Of a stretch of DNA of 64,000 bases, positions 12,016 to 22,408 are shown in pieces. How positions within the stretch are numbered: position 1 is the first letter of the stretch; every line of letters starts with the position of its first letter. The stretch covers positions 27,714,001 through 27,778,000 of the forward strand of contig NW_025964223.1 of NCBI RefSeq assembly GCF_023055435.1, written 5' to 3'. Both the position numbers and the translations under genes were made by a program. The notes beneath the pieces were generated by a model. It saw only the letters and a list, made by a program, of their open reading frames with translations, searched no databases and was not told the origin of the DNA. The stretch is from Haliotis rufescens (taxonomy: Eukaryota).

Positions 12016-15000
12016 TGGGTTCCATGAAATGTGAAATGTAGAGTAAAGATCCAGACATGCGTCCCTTATCAGTCTTCTCTCTCGTTTACCATCCATCTGA
12101 TGTTGCAGGTTGTCGCCATCGGAATACTTTGCTGCAGTTTCAAAGAGTCCGCATGTAAGTTTATCTAATCCTCTGTTGTTAACATTAGTTGCGGGTGATT
12201 ACAGGTTTAGCTTTTCCATACGTACGTGAAGCTAACTTAAGTTTATTTAAAGCTTATGTATTCAACTACTTATTGGTATTCTGGGATGGATCCAGTATGT
12301 GCAAGGCCTTTATTTGGTTTATTCAGCTGAGAATTCAGCTGAGAATGTCTTTTGGGGGAATGGCCTTTCAATGCACAAATCATATTCATTAGGTGTCCAT
12401 TTATGTAACGTCTCTCTTGGTGTATGGGGTACTTGCTTCCTCTTCTGCCCCTATAACCACATGGTTGCGATAATGTTGTTGAACGCCAGAGTCAGTAATA
12501 TTCCAGTTATATCATGGCGGACTACAAATAACTAAATATGGGCCAGACACAAATGTGAATGATATTGAGCAACGTCTCACGCCTTTGGTGTGGTATGACA
12601 CGCAACCACCTGATTCTCCGAGCCTGACTACCAAACCCATTTTAGTCTTCTCGTACGACGAGCATAGTTTGATGGGGACCTGTCCTAACGCTGATTCGAC
12701 CCGTGAAGATCCGGTGTAGAATAGGTCTTCAGACACCCATGCTTGTAAGAGGCGACTAACGGGATCGGGTGGTCAGGGTCGCTGACTTGGTTGATGCATG
12801 TCATCGTATCCCAATTGCGTGGATCGATGCTCATGATATTAATCACTGGATTTTCTGGTCCAGATTCCATTAGTTACAGACCGCCGTTATATTACTTGAA
12901 TATTGCTGAGTGTGGCGTTAAACAACAAACAAACTAACGCTGATTCACCACAACTGTTACTCATGAAAAGGCTACTAAGTTATAACTCAATATTGTTGAG
13001 GTGTTGAACGGGTGCGTTTCCCACCTTACATTCATCACCGTTTGTGTATCCTAACCGTGATTGCAAATGTGTAACTATTAACGTTAATACATTATGCACA
13101 TCACGCTTGGTGCAATTAAAATTTGAAAAAAAGATTATCTCCAATGTCTTGGAGTGAAATAATATATGCATAAATCTGTATCATTCATTCAGGCAATGCA
13201 GACCATCCCGAATCAGCCAAGGTTGGTAGGGAAGTGTTCAGACAAACAAAAAGTCAGCACGACCTCTTTGCAAACGCCATGAGCCAGTCGTCGTTCACCA
13301 ACCAAGGAACAACCAAGAAACGAATCGTCGTAAGAGCCGAAACTAAATCCGTGACGTTCCGGGAATCAAATTCACCCAAGACCTGGGCTGCCATGATGGA
13401 AGGCGGAAGTAATGCACGACTCAGAAGGTCAGCAGTAGCAGTTGCTCTGGCCAGAAGGAGGTTAGAGGAAGATCTCAAGGCGAAGGAAGCTGCTAAACGG
13501 GCCCGAAATTCTAAGAGACATAGAGGAGCCGCGGTAATGCTGGCTGCTGCTAGAAGACGGGTCCCTATAGGCAATCGCAGGTATCAGGCTAGGTGGGAAC
13601 GGAAACGACGGCTCGAACACGAACGGAGGGTAAGGAGATATAAAAACTCCCGGCTTGCAATTACTGTCTTAGGTACCGACCATTTGTTATGCTGGATTTT
13701 ATCGTAAAAAACATATTGTGGTTCAGACCGTTTCAAAAAATGAAATGTCTGCCACAAAAGTTACAAGGTGTTTTCTTTTTAAAAGAATCAGCACCCATAG
13801 TTTTAAATAAGAATACCAGCTGTCTATTGTCGATAAAAAATCGCGGAGGCGGATTTCAACACCTACCATTAACAACCGGCTCTATGCAGCCCGCTTGAAA
13901 GCAAGGTGTCCTGTGAAGGGTGTGACCCTAATAGCTTAACATAGGGGTGGGTCAGGCAACACCAGGGACGGGATGTACACAAATGGCGTTACACCATGTT
14001 TCCACACGAATCATGGTTTTGCCTCCTATCCACAGATTATAGGAAACGTTCTTTGCGACGTAGCGGCGAGCCGTATGCCAGGCATCAATTCTTGGCCATG
14101 TTCGGTACGGGGGCGGTTGTGTCATGGTCAGTGGCGGCATCACACATGGCACTTGAACTGATTTGGGTATTGTTGATGTGCGTTGGCTATGTGGGATATG
14201 TTGACGAACTTTTGCGTCCTGTCGTTGTTCCCTTCGCTTGAATTATCGGCAGAAATTTTGAGCTGCACGATGACAATGCCAGACCACACAGTGCCCAGAT
14301 CGTCACTGATTATCTTCAACGAGAAGGCATACGGATATTGGACTGAAGATGCCCTGGCACGTCCCCAAAAGAGCATATCTGGTAGTTCTCGGGGCGGAGT
14401 GTGTACGCAAAAGACTTATCAGCATCCGCCAACATGGACCAGTTTAGGGTAGTTCTTCAGGCGGAATGGCGCCCAATACCAAGGGCAACCATACGCAGGT
14501 TAATTAACAGTATGTCATCTGGGTGCTGTCGCCCAACATATATATGTTACAGGGAATATCTATAATCAGGGAATATGTATACTCTCTGAAATTTTCAGGG
14601 AATATATTTAATGTCTGATTCACTCAGGGAATATACATAATCCCTAAGCTTTTCAGGTATTATACATATTCCCTGATTTAACATCAAGTTTTTTAGACAT
14701 ATTCCCTGAAATTACTTTTGAGGCTCTTATGTGGTCAAATTTGATATATAAAAAAACCAAATTATTTATGAGACGACATGATAACAAATACCTTTCACTT
14801 AACTTAACAATTAGTCTTCTTGACTTAACAAACAAGAACAATTTAGTTTTTGTTGACACATGTCAGACTTGAGTGGCACCTAGAGTTACAAAGCAGCTTA
14901 GCCTTGAAAGATCTACATCTGTTGGTCTGACATTTCTTTGTACCAGCACAGTTACACCGGGGGAAACCTTGTCCTCCACAGTTGGATTCAAACTGCACAG

Positions 15001-18000
15001 CTTGGCGAAGTGAAATCTTCTTGTCAGAGACAACGTCTTCAGTTGAGTACAATGCTGTAGCACAAACATCAAACTTGTTACGAGAGAACTTCCCATTCAG
15101 TGTGCCACCTTTCACAGCTATTGTGTACAAGTCATTGTCACTACATTCAATCACAACACCTATGATATTTGTGAAAGGTATTTGTTATCATGTCAAATAA
15201 ATTTGTCTTCTCGATTTTTTTCATCAAGTTTTACCATATGAGAGCCTCAAAAGTACTTTCAGGGAATTTGTCTAAAAAACTTGATGTTAAATCAGGGAAT
15301 ATGTATAATACCTGAAAAGTTGAGGGATTATGTATATTCCCTTAGTGAATCAGACAATACACATATTCCCTGATTATACATATTTCTTGTAACATATATA
15401 CTGCTACCATATCAATGTATTATTAATTTACAATCCACAGGACAATATTGTGATATTTTGCATTGTGTTTGTTAACAAAAGGACAGTTGGTTTTTCAATA
15501 AGAGTGGTTATAAGTTGTGTTGTGAACAGAACATATTTGTTTTAAGGTCTCAAGGAAAGAAGAAGAAGGGATTAACAGACTGCAAGGAGGAACCAGGACG
15601 TCTTCAGCACAAGGTGCAGAGGGAGGAGATGAAGATGCCGAGAGTTTGATATATAATGAGAGAGACAGACAACCCAAAGACCAGAGCAGACATCAACCAG
15701 AAAAGAAAGATCCTCAATTTGATAGGAGCAGAGTTAACCGACTCGGTGAAGACGGACAGAAACTAACAGACAATGAAGCTAATGCCACTAATACCCGTCA
15801 GGGCGTACATCAGAATGGTCATCGTCAGGTAGAAGGCAATGGACCGTCGGAAGAGATGAGACTGGAGGAGAACAGGAGACTGGAGTTAGAAGAGGAAAAA
15901 CAACGACATTTAGAAGAAGAAAGGCAACGTCAGGTAGATGAACAAAGAAGGCGACAGTTAGAGGAAGAAACTAGACGAAACTCAGATGAAGAAAGGAGAA
16001 GACAATTAGATGAAGAAAGGAGAAGACAATTAGATGAAGAAAGGAGAAGAAAATTAGATGAAGAAAGGAGAAGAAAATTAGATGAAGAAAGGAGAAGAAC
16101 ATTAGATGAAGAAAGGAGGCGTCACCTAGAAAAAGTCGGCACAGGACAAGTTGAAGGCGACAAAAGACGCAGAGAAGAAGAGAGCAGACGACAGTTGGAA
16201 GAAAAGAGAAGAAGACAGTTGGAAAAACAGAGAGGACAGAATGAGGAAGTTACGAGGATACTTCGGCTCGAAGAAGAGGCACAACGTCAAAAGCTGATGA
16301 AGGAAAAGGAAGAATACTATGAAAAGCGAAGATCTGAAGAGAACATTAAGGGTACACACGACAGAGAAATGCCATTCGGAGGGAAACATGAACAGTCTGA
16401 GAATGATACACGCCTCGAACGGAATAGTGTTTCAACCACCAGTCCAACATCCACTACTGCAAGATCAGCAAGTCAGCAACGCTCTGAATATGAAAAGTTG
16501 ATTAGGAGCCGTAAGTGGTATTTTCTTTATACATTTCTTGTTTAGTCAAAGCATTGTCCGTTTCTACGAAAGCCTTATGGTGCCACTTTGGTAGCATATA
16601 TATATATATATGTTTATTTTTAAATCGAAATTTCTCGTTATTTCAATTTAGAATAGTTTTGTAATGTCAATTATTTTCTCGTTATTTCAAGTTTATTTAA
16701 GAAACTCGTTACTTCATTTATTGCTTCGAGTTTTTCTCTCGTCACGTCGAGTTTTTCTCGAAATTTCGTTTTTGCGATAAACTTGAAATAATGAAAAAAT
16801 TATTCGAAGTACCGCGAAAAAACTCATTGTCTAGAAAATAGTTGAAATAAGGAGACATTTCGGATTTTAAAAAAGAACGCTACCAAAATCACATCATAAG
16901 GCTTTCGTGTGTTTCCATGTGATATTTTAAGGATAGACTGATAAAAAAACAACTTCAGTTATATACTCTTCAAAAAAAGAAACTTGACACTGACTTTCAA
17001 AATGTAATATAATGCGATTGTTTCAAAATAGGACACAGAAACCATAATTGAAACACTGTTTGAAGATCAATGTACACAATGTTCAAAACATTAATCATGT
17101 CACCTAGACAGACACACGTACACGATACAGTTAATGTCACAGGGGTACAGAAAATGTCAGTATCGGTTGTGCCCACCACGTGCATCAATCACTGCTTGAA
17201 ACCGACGACCCATAGATGCAATCAAGTTGTCAATAACACGCTGTTGAATGTGCTGCCATTCATTCTGAAGTGCATCAAGAAACGCCGGAAGTGTTTGGGG
17301 CATTGGATTCCTTCTGTGAACGCGTCGATCCAACTCGTCCCACAGATGCTCAATCGGGGACAAATCTGGTGACCGGGCTGGCCAAGGTAATGTCTGGATG
17401 TTGTTGTGTTGTTAGAAGATCTGACACACACTTGCAATATGCGGGCGAGCGTTGTCCTGCTGGAACTGTCCGCCATGAACGTTGACGTGAGGAAGAACGT
17501 AAGGCTGTAGGATCAAGTCTCTGTAACGCACATCTGCCAATGCACCTGCCACATGCACGAGAGGCGTCCTACCACCGTGATGAATTCCGGTCCATACCAT
17601 GACACTCCCGCCGCCAAATGGGACAACCTGCTGCATACAGGCTGGGGCGTAACGTTCACCCCGACGTCTGTAGACACGTGCGCGCCCATCAGTACATGTG
17701 AGTAGGAAACGGGACTCGTCAGTAAACAGTACATTTCTCCACCTTGCACGTGCCCATCTAACCCTCTGTTGGCACCAAAGCAAACGGTCTGCCAGATGTC
17801 TGCCATGTTCAATACATGACGTCGAACAGGTCTTCGTGCAAAAAGTCCAGCCTCCCTTAGTCTGTTGCGTACCGTTTGATCTGATATTCTGCGTACCCCA
17901 GGGATCTGTGTGGTTGTAGACGTGGCTGTGGTAGTGCGGTCTCGGAGGTGTCGCAGCCGGATGTATCGATCTTGTGCTTGGGTTGTCACCCTTGGTCTTC

Positions 18001-20359
18001 CTGACCTTGGTCTGTCGTCAACTCTGTTGGTGTTGTTGTATCGGTTCCACAGTGCGGAGATTGTCTGTCTGGATACGCTAAAGTGCCTGGCCACTTCTTG
18101 CTGAGTTGCTCCAGCTTGTAATCTCCCAATGGCGTTGTTCCGTTGAGCTGCATTCAGTCTTGGCATTCTGTCACCGCCTCTACTGCCGTTATAAGGACTG
18201 TATGAACAGCCGTTGATGTGGATTTTTATACCCATTCAGCAGGGGTGCCTGCATGCCTAAATGCAGGATCCTGTGCTGCACGTTTCTTACAGGCGGTTGC
18301 GTTTGGATGAAGCTGTAAAATTGATCCCCAAACGCTACGTTTATGTGCTTTGCATGTGTTTTCGCGAATTACAGACACATCATCCTTCTGTTTGACTTAT
18401 TTGGTTCTCATTTAATGTAATTATTTTAGATATTTGACAAAAAGTGGTTTTACATGTCAAGTTTCTTTTTTTGAAGAGTATATATATATATACCCACACT
18501 GCCATATTGGCAGAATACTTATTTGTGGTATATATTATATTTATATATATTTATGAAAATCTGACAAGGACTGAACGTTTGTTTTAGGTTGCACAGACTG
18601 TAAAGTTGGAAACCAGACTTTCCGTGGACATTCTAGATTTTCCTATGAGGAGGACTGTCACAAGTACCAGTGTATCTGTCACTGTGATGGCTCCTATGAC
18701 TGCCCAGCTCAGAACAAAGTGAGGGTCTGTGAACAAGGTATAGAGAAAAAGAGAGAAAGACCTGCATGCAGCAGTTGTACTGTTGAAGGAGAAATCGTCC
18801 AAGGGAATAGCATGTTTGAACTACAAGATGGGTGCACCTTGTTCAGAGAATGCAAATGCTTCTGTAATGGCACCTCAGCTTGTTCACCAAACCAAACAGA
18901 GAACACTTGTGTCCCAAACAGTCAAACAGGATCAGAGGCATCTCGGTTCGATTCGGAACCAAATCGTGACTGTAAGAAGTGTCTTATTGAAGGCATAGAA
19001 CACCCCTCAGAATCTAGGTTCCAGTACACTAGGGACTGCATCACTACTGACTGCAGTTGTAGCTGTAACGGGACCATAGAGTGTGATCAATCAAGTGCAG
19101 TGAACAGATGCGTGTCAGCACAGCCAACTCCACAGCCGCAGCTAGAAATACAGGTGAACAAGCAGAGGGTGGAGCTGCAGGACTGCCAAAAGTGCGTAGT
19201 GGCAGGAAGACTGATTGATGGGAACTCACAGTTCAACGCCAAGGTGGGATGTTACATTGACACTTGTTTCTGCTTATGCAACGGAAGGTACTCATGCATT
19301 CGGAACTGGGCACGCAATATCTGCAACGACGACACAGGGTTTGATGATGGATCAATTGATGATCTGAGGCCCTGTCGAGGATGTTTTTTACAGGGAGTGC
19401 ACTACCCAGGAAATGCAACGTTCAAGTTCACCACTGGGTGTACAGCTCTCAACTGTGCGTGTACCTGTAGTGGAACTGTCGAGTGTTACGAGGAAAGTGC
19501 TGTCAACATATGTGGTACTCGTCCACCATCCGTAAAGCCTCTGTTCGAGGTAATTGCCACTGATAATGTGAGGACACCAGGACCCCAGGAGTGCAAGAAA
19601 TGTATGATTAATGGAACACAATATGATGGAAATTCTCAGTTTGACTTACAGAATGGATGTTACACCAACAGATGCATATGCTTATGCAATGGTAAGCACA
19701 CCTGTAGGAGATACCAGGCGCAGCATGGCTGTAATGAGACGGAATCCCCATCAAAGAAAGACTTAGTGTCCTGTCAAAAGTGCCTTGTTCAGGGAAGGCA
19801 GTATCCAGGAAACTCGACATTCCAGACAACAAGCGGCTGTATTGTCAAGGAATGCAGATGTACATGTAGTGGATCCGTGGAATGTGATGACAGAACCGCT
19901 GTTAATATATGCCAGACAACATCTGTTCAACCGAAGCCAACCACACAACCGACTCCTAAGGAAGACCTTTGTAAGAAGTGTATGGTGGATGGAATGGATT
20001 ATGCGGGTGAATCTAAATTCAAGGTGAAAAGAGGCTGCAAAGTGTACCCATGTCACTGCCGGTGTGATGGTAGATGGGGATGTCAAACAGATGCTGCTGT
20101 GGATATCTGTAAGAAACCTTCCAGTGAGCCAACAGTGAGTCGGGAAACATGCCAGAGGTGTGTTGTTCAGGGTAGGAAATATCCTGGAAACTCGGAGTTC
20201 AAACTGCGGAAAGGCTGCATTTCTTTCAGATGCACCTGTGCATGTGATGGGAGCTGGGAATGTCCTCCCGAACAAGCCAGGAACTACTGCCCCGGCTCAA
20301 CGCAGTCTACAGAGACCACGACAGCTGCAACTCTGTCCCCGACAGAACCTATGTCATAG
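10401..20359 (+). CDS. Gene B: secreted 1082-aa protein with Arg-rich region, E/R helical repeats and nine 8-Cys (VWC/pacifastin-reminiscent) modules; exons 10401-10430, 12109-12154, 13193-13629, 15547-16510, 18588-20359
   Basis: Donors gtatgt, gtaagt, gtaagg and gtaagt, with phases 0, 1, 0, 1, join ORFs 13234, 15646 and 18719 into one 3249-nt frame. The N-terminus MASRSKIWGQVVAIGILCCSFKESA is signal-peptide-like. AATAAA at 20535. Confidence 0.8.
10512..10562. repeat. (GT)n microsatellite; others: (CT)n 11957-12008, (TA)n 50445-50507 and 51615-51660, (CA)n 58821-58875
   Basis: Read directly from the sequence. Confidence 0.98.
10565..10770 (-). mobile_element. tRNA-derived SINE with a MetaSINE/MESC-like central domain
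   Basis: B box GGTTCGATCCC followed by GGGTTATACCAAAAGACGTTAAAAGATGGTACTTGTCGTTACCCTGCCTGGCGCTC, which resembles the Meta/MESC core as I recall it. A related fragment lies at ~6060-6118. Confidence 0.7.
11249..11535. repeat. Two diverged direct repeats (~100 bp, period ~190 bp)
   Basis: TTGTCATGCTTTCTTGGGCTTGA..GTCATCAAAC...TGGGACCAGG..CAACCTGTTTTT at ~11249 and ~11441. Confidence 0.8.
12698..12933 (+). mobile_element. SINE family 2 with a non-tRNA head (copies ~5608-5680, ~22158-22392 -, ~56359-56581, ~58285-58367 -)
   Basis: Perfect 13-bp TSD CTAACGCTGATTC at 12685-12697 and 12934-12946. (AAAC)n tail. The copies share the head CC(C/T)GTGAAGATCCGGGGTAGAATAGGTCTTCAG, variably diverged. Confidence 0.9.
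14030..14530 (+). mobile_element. Degenerate Tc1-like transposase fragment
   Basis: Remnant motifs GGCVMVSGGI, YVDELLRPVVVPF and HDDNARPH, with stops and frameshifts. Confidence 0.75.
14545..15394 (-). mobile_element. Internally deleted Ginger-type (KRBA2-like integrase) DNA transposon
   Basis: TGT...ACA termini, ~170-200-bp TIRs with repeated CAGGGAATAT, and a 4-bp TATA on both flanks. The internal ORF 14843-15154 ends GGQGFPRCNC..KKCQTNRC...KLLCNSRCH, typical of this transposase C-terminus. Confidence 0.8.
15985..16128 (+). repeat. Coding 24-bp tandem repeat (DEERRR[Q/K/T/H]L x6) in gene B exon 4
   Basis: GATGAAGAAAGGAG at 15985, 16009, 16033, 16057, 16081 and 16105. Confidence 0.95.
16566..16908. 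mobile_element. MITE/foldback element
   Basis: 14-bp perfect TIR ACGAAAGCCTTATG / CATAAGGCTTTCGT that extends imperfectly. Internal TTTCTCGTT arrays occur in both orientations. Confidence 0.75.
16964..18480 (-). mobile_element. Full-length Tc1-like DNA transposon (DD34E); transposase pseudogene 17157-18166
   Basis: Perfect 26-bp TIR TACTCTTCAAAAAAAGAAACTTGACA with TA flanks. HTH region MPRLNAAQRNNAIGRLQAG, then FTDESRF, QQDNARPH and SPDLSPIE with 34 residues between D and E. One frameshift (~17790) and one in-frame stop (17412-17414). Confidence 0.95.
18588..20359 (+). CDS. Terminal exon of gene B: nine Cys-rich repeats
   Basis: Acceptor gttttag ends at 18587 and the frame is open to TAG at 20359. 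The repeat pattern is C-x2-C-x3-G-x4-GNS-x-F-x4-GC-x4/5-C-x-C-x-C-x-G-x3-C-x8-C. Confidence 0.9.
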
Positions 20360-20534
20360 GAACATTCGGTGACAAAATAATCCTTTCTTGAGGTCTAGCT
20401 ATGAATGATAATTACTCCGCCTGTGCTAGACAAATACGAATGTGTATGTAGCTCGGATATTGTTTATAACCATTTACTTCTGAAGAAGGATGCTATGGGG
20501 ATATCAAAGATACTGTTTGCAATTCTTTCTCTTG

Positions 20535-20540
20535 AATAAA
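20535..20540 (+). terminator. Putative polyadenylation signal of gene B
   Basis: AATAAA 175 nt after the stop codon. Confidence 0.5.
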
Positions 20541-22408
20541 TATTTTATAACCTGATTTCCATACTGTTTTCTTAAACACCACAACAGAGCCTTGTGTAAA
20601 CGTTAGATGTATCTAATCCTGAATCTAATCATACACATCCAGTAAGTACCAGCTTTCAGTACATTTCAAACTTTAAACTACCTGCATTGTTCCTAAGATG
20701 AAGGATGGCAAATGAGACTAAGGTAAAATCGTAAATATATCACTCAATCTTGATACGTCTCCGGTTGACTCCTTACCCCAGTCTAATTCCACTCACAGGT
20801 AGAACAGACCATGATATGCGATATGGAACATGTCCCCTTATTTGGTAGATCAGGGATCAAATAGCTCAATTTAGTAGAAACTTTTTAAGTCCAAGATAAA
20901 TTTTGATTAAAAGTCATTCAGCCAATATACATCTCTCTGGTAATAAACAAGAGAATGTTGAGATGACAGTTTGATATTTTTTTAACCAGCTCGACCTCTA
21001 CAACTGAATTAAAAGTACAGATTTGTGGGCCAAGCATTTGGTCATTGGGTATTTTATCAGTAAAGGTCATGCTCATCCCAAAAAGCGTTCATAATCTCCC
21101 CTTGCTCATTCAAGTGTTGAGGCCCCAATGCTTGTAAAAGTCCAGACAAAATGGAGTGAGTGAGTGGTTATAGTGTTACATCGCTTTTAACAATATTCCA
21201 GCAATATCCGGGTGCGGGACACCAGACATGGGCTTCACACATTGTATCCAGTGTGATGAGCGAATGTTTGAACCACTAGGCTACGCCACCACCCCAACAC
21301 AACCAGGATGTTGTTACAAGGTGTGATCTAGTGGACTGTGTGCACCCTGATGGGCTGCTGTAGCATAGGGTAATGTTGCAGTCTGCAGCAGTAAAACAAC
21401 ATTCACTCACTCATTAAGGGATCACTTTCCATACTACATACTACATGATACAAATTAGAACTGCAAGATTGAATAAATCAACAGACTAGCCAAAAGTCAC
21501 TCGTCCAGTGATATTTTTCATATAAACACCCAGGTTTTTTTCTATAGTTTGATGCCATGAACACATCTGAGCCCTATTATGGAGCTAAACCTCATCATTA
21601 AGTTTCAGGCTCATCCCTTTAGCCAGGTCAGAGAAGTAAAACATGAACAGATGGATGACAGAGAACAATGTACTGTGCCATTGGGTCACTTAGATGTGAG
21701 GTGCCTGTGAGCTACTGTCTGTTGTCATGGTTCTGGACAGCTGAATTACAATGCACATTCTTATGCTTGTTAATGCACACACACATTATCAGCAATTGCA
21801 GCCCTCTTCTGGTCTTATTGGGGGCATGGGTGGCCCAGTTGTCATAGGCCATGCAATTCACTGTGCAGAGTTGCATCCCTTAGATGCGCCAGAAACCTAA
21901 GATTGTTGGTTCGAATTACATTATGTTTCTAGGTTTGTCAGCAGCATACCTGTGCTTGTGGGTTTCACTAAAGTGGTAAACGTCTGAGACCTGCATCACA
22001 TCAGACTTTCCTCCCACAGTAAGCTGACATGCTGGGATATGAAGAGTGTATTCGGCTATTGATCTGATAACTACTACATTTTCATTATTGACAATATCTG
22101 TTCTTACAACATACATGGACCAAGAGGAGGGGTGTGGAGGGCTAAGCAGGGGTAGGATTTGTTTGTTGCTTAACGCTGCACTCAGCAATATTCCAGCTAT
22201 ATGACGGCGGTCAGTAAATAATCGAGTATGGACCAGACAATCCAGTGATTGACATCATGAGCATCGATCCACGCAATTGGGATACGATGACATGCATCAA
22301 CCAAGTCAGCAACCCTGACCACCAAATCCCCTAAGTCGCCTCTAACAAGCATGGGTTACTGAAGACCTATTCTACCCCGGATCTTCACAGGTGAGCAGGG
22401 ATACAAAG

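Noticed and set aside
8680-13290. Joining gene A and gene B into one gene via a donor at 8699
   Set aside because: That path enters exon 13193 in phase 0 and hits TGA within ~30 codons. Gene B has its own ATG exon and TATA/Inr.
20478-20520. Hammerhead-like CTGAAGA...stem in the gene B 3' UTR
   Set aside because: The GAAA core and stems are degenerate. At best it is a decayed Penelope remnant.
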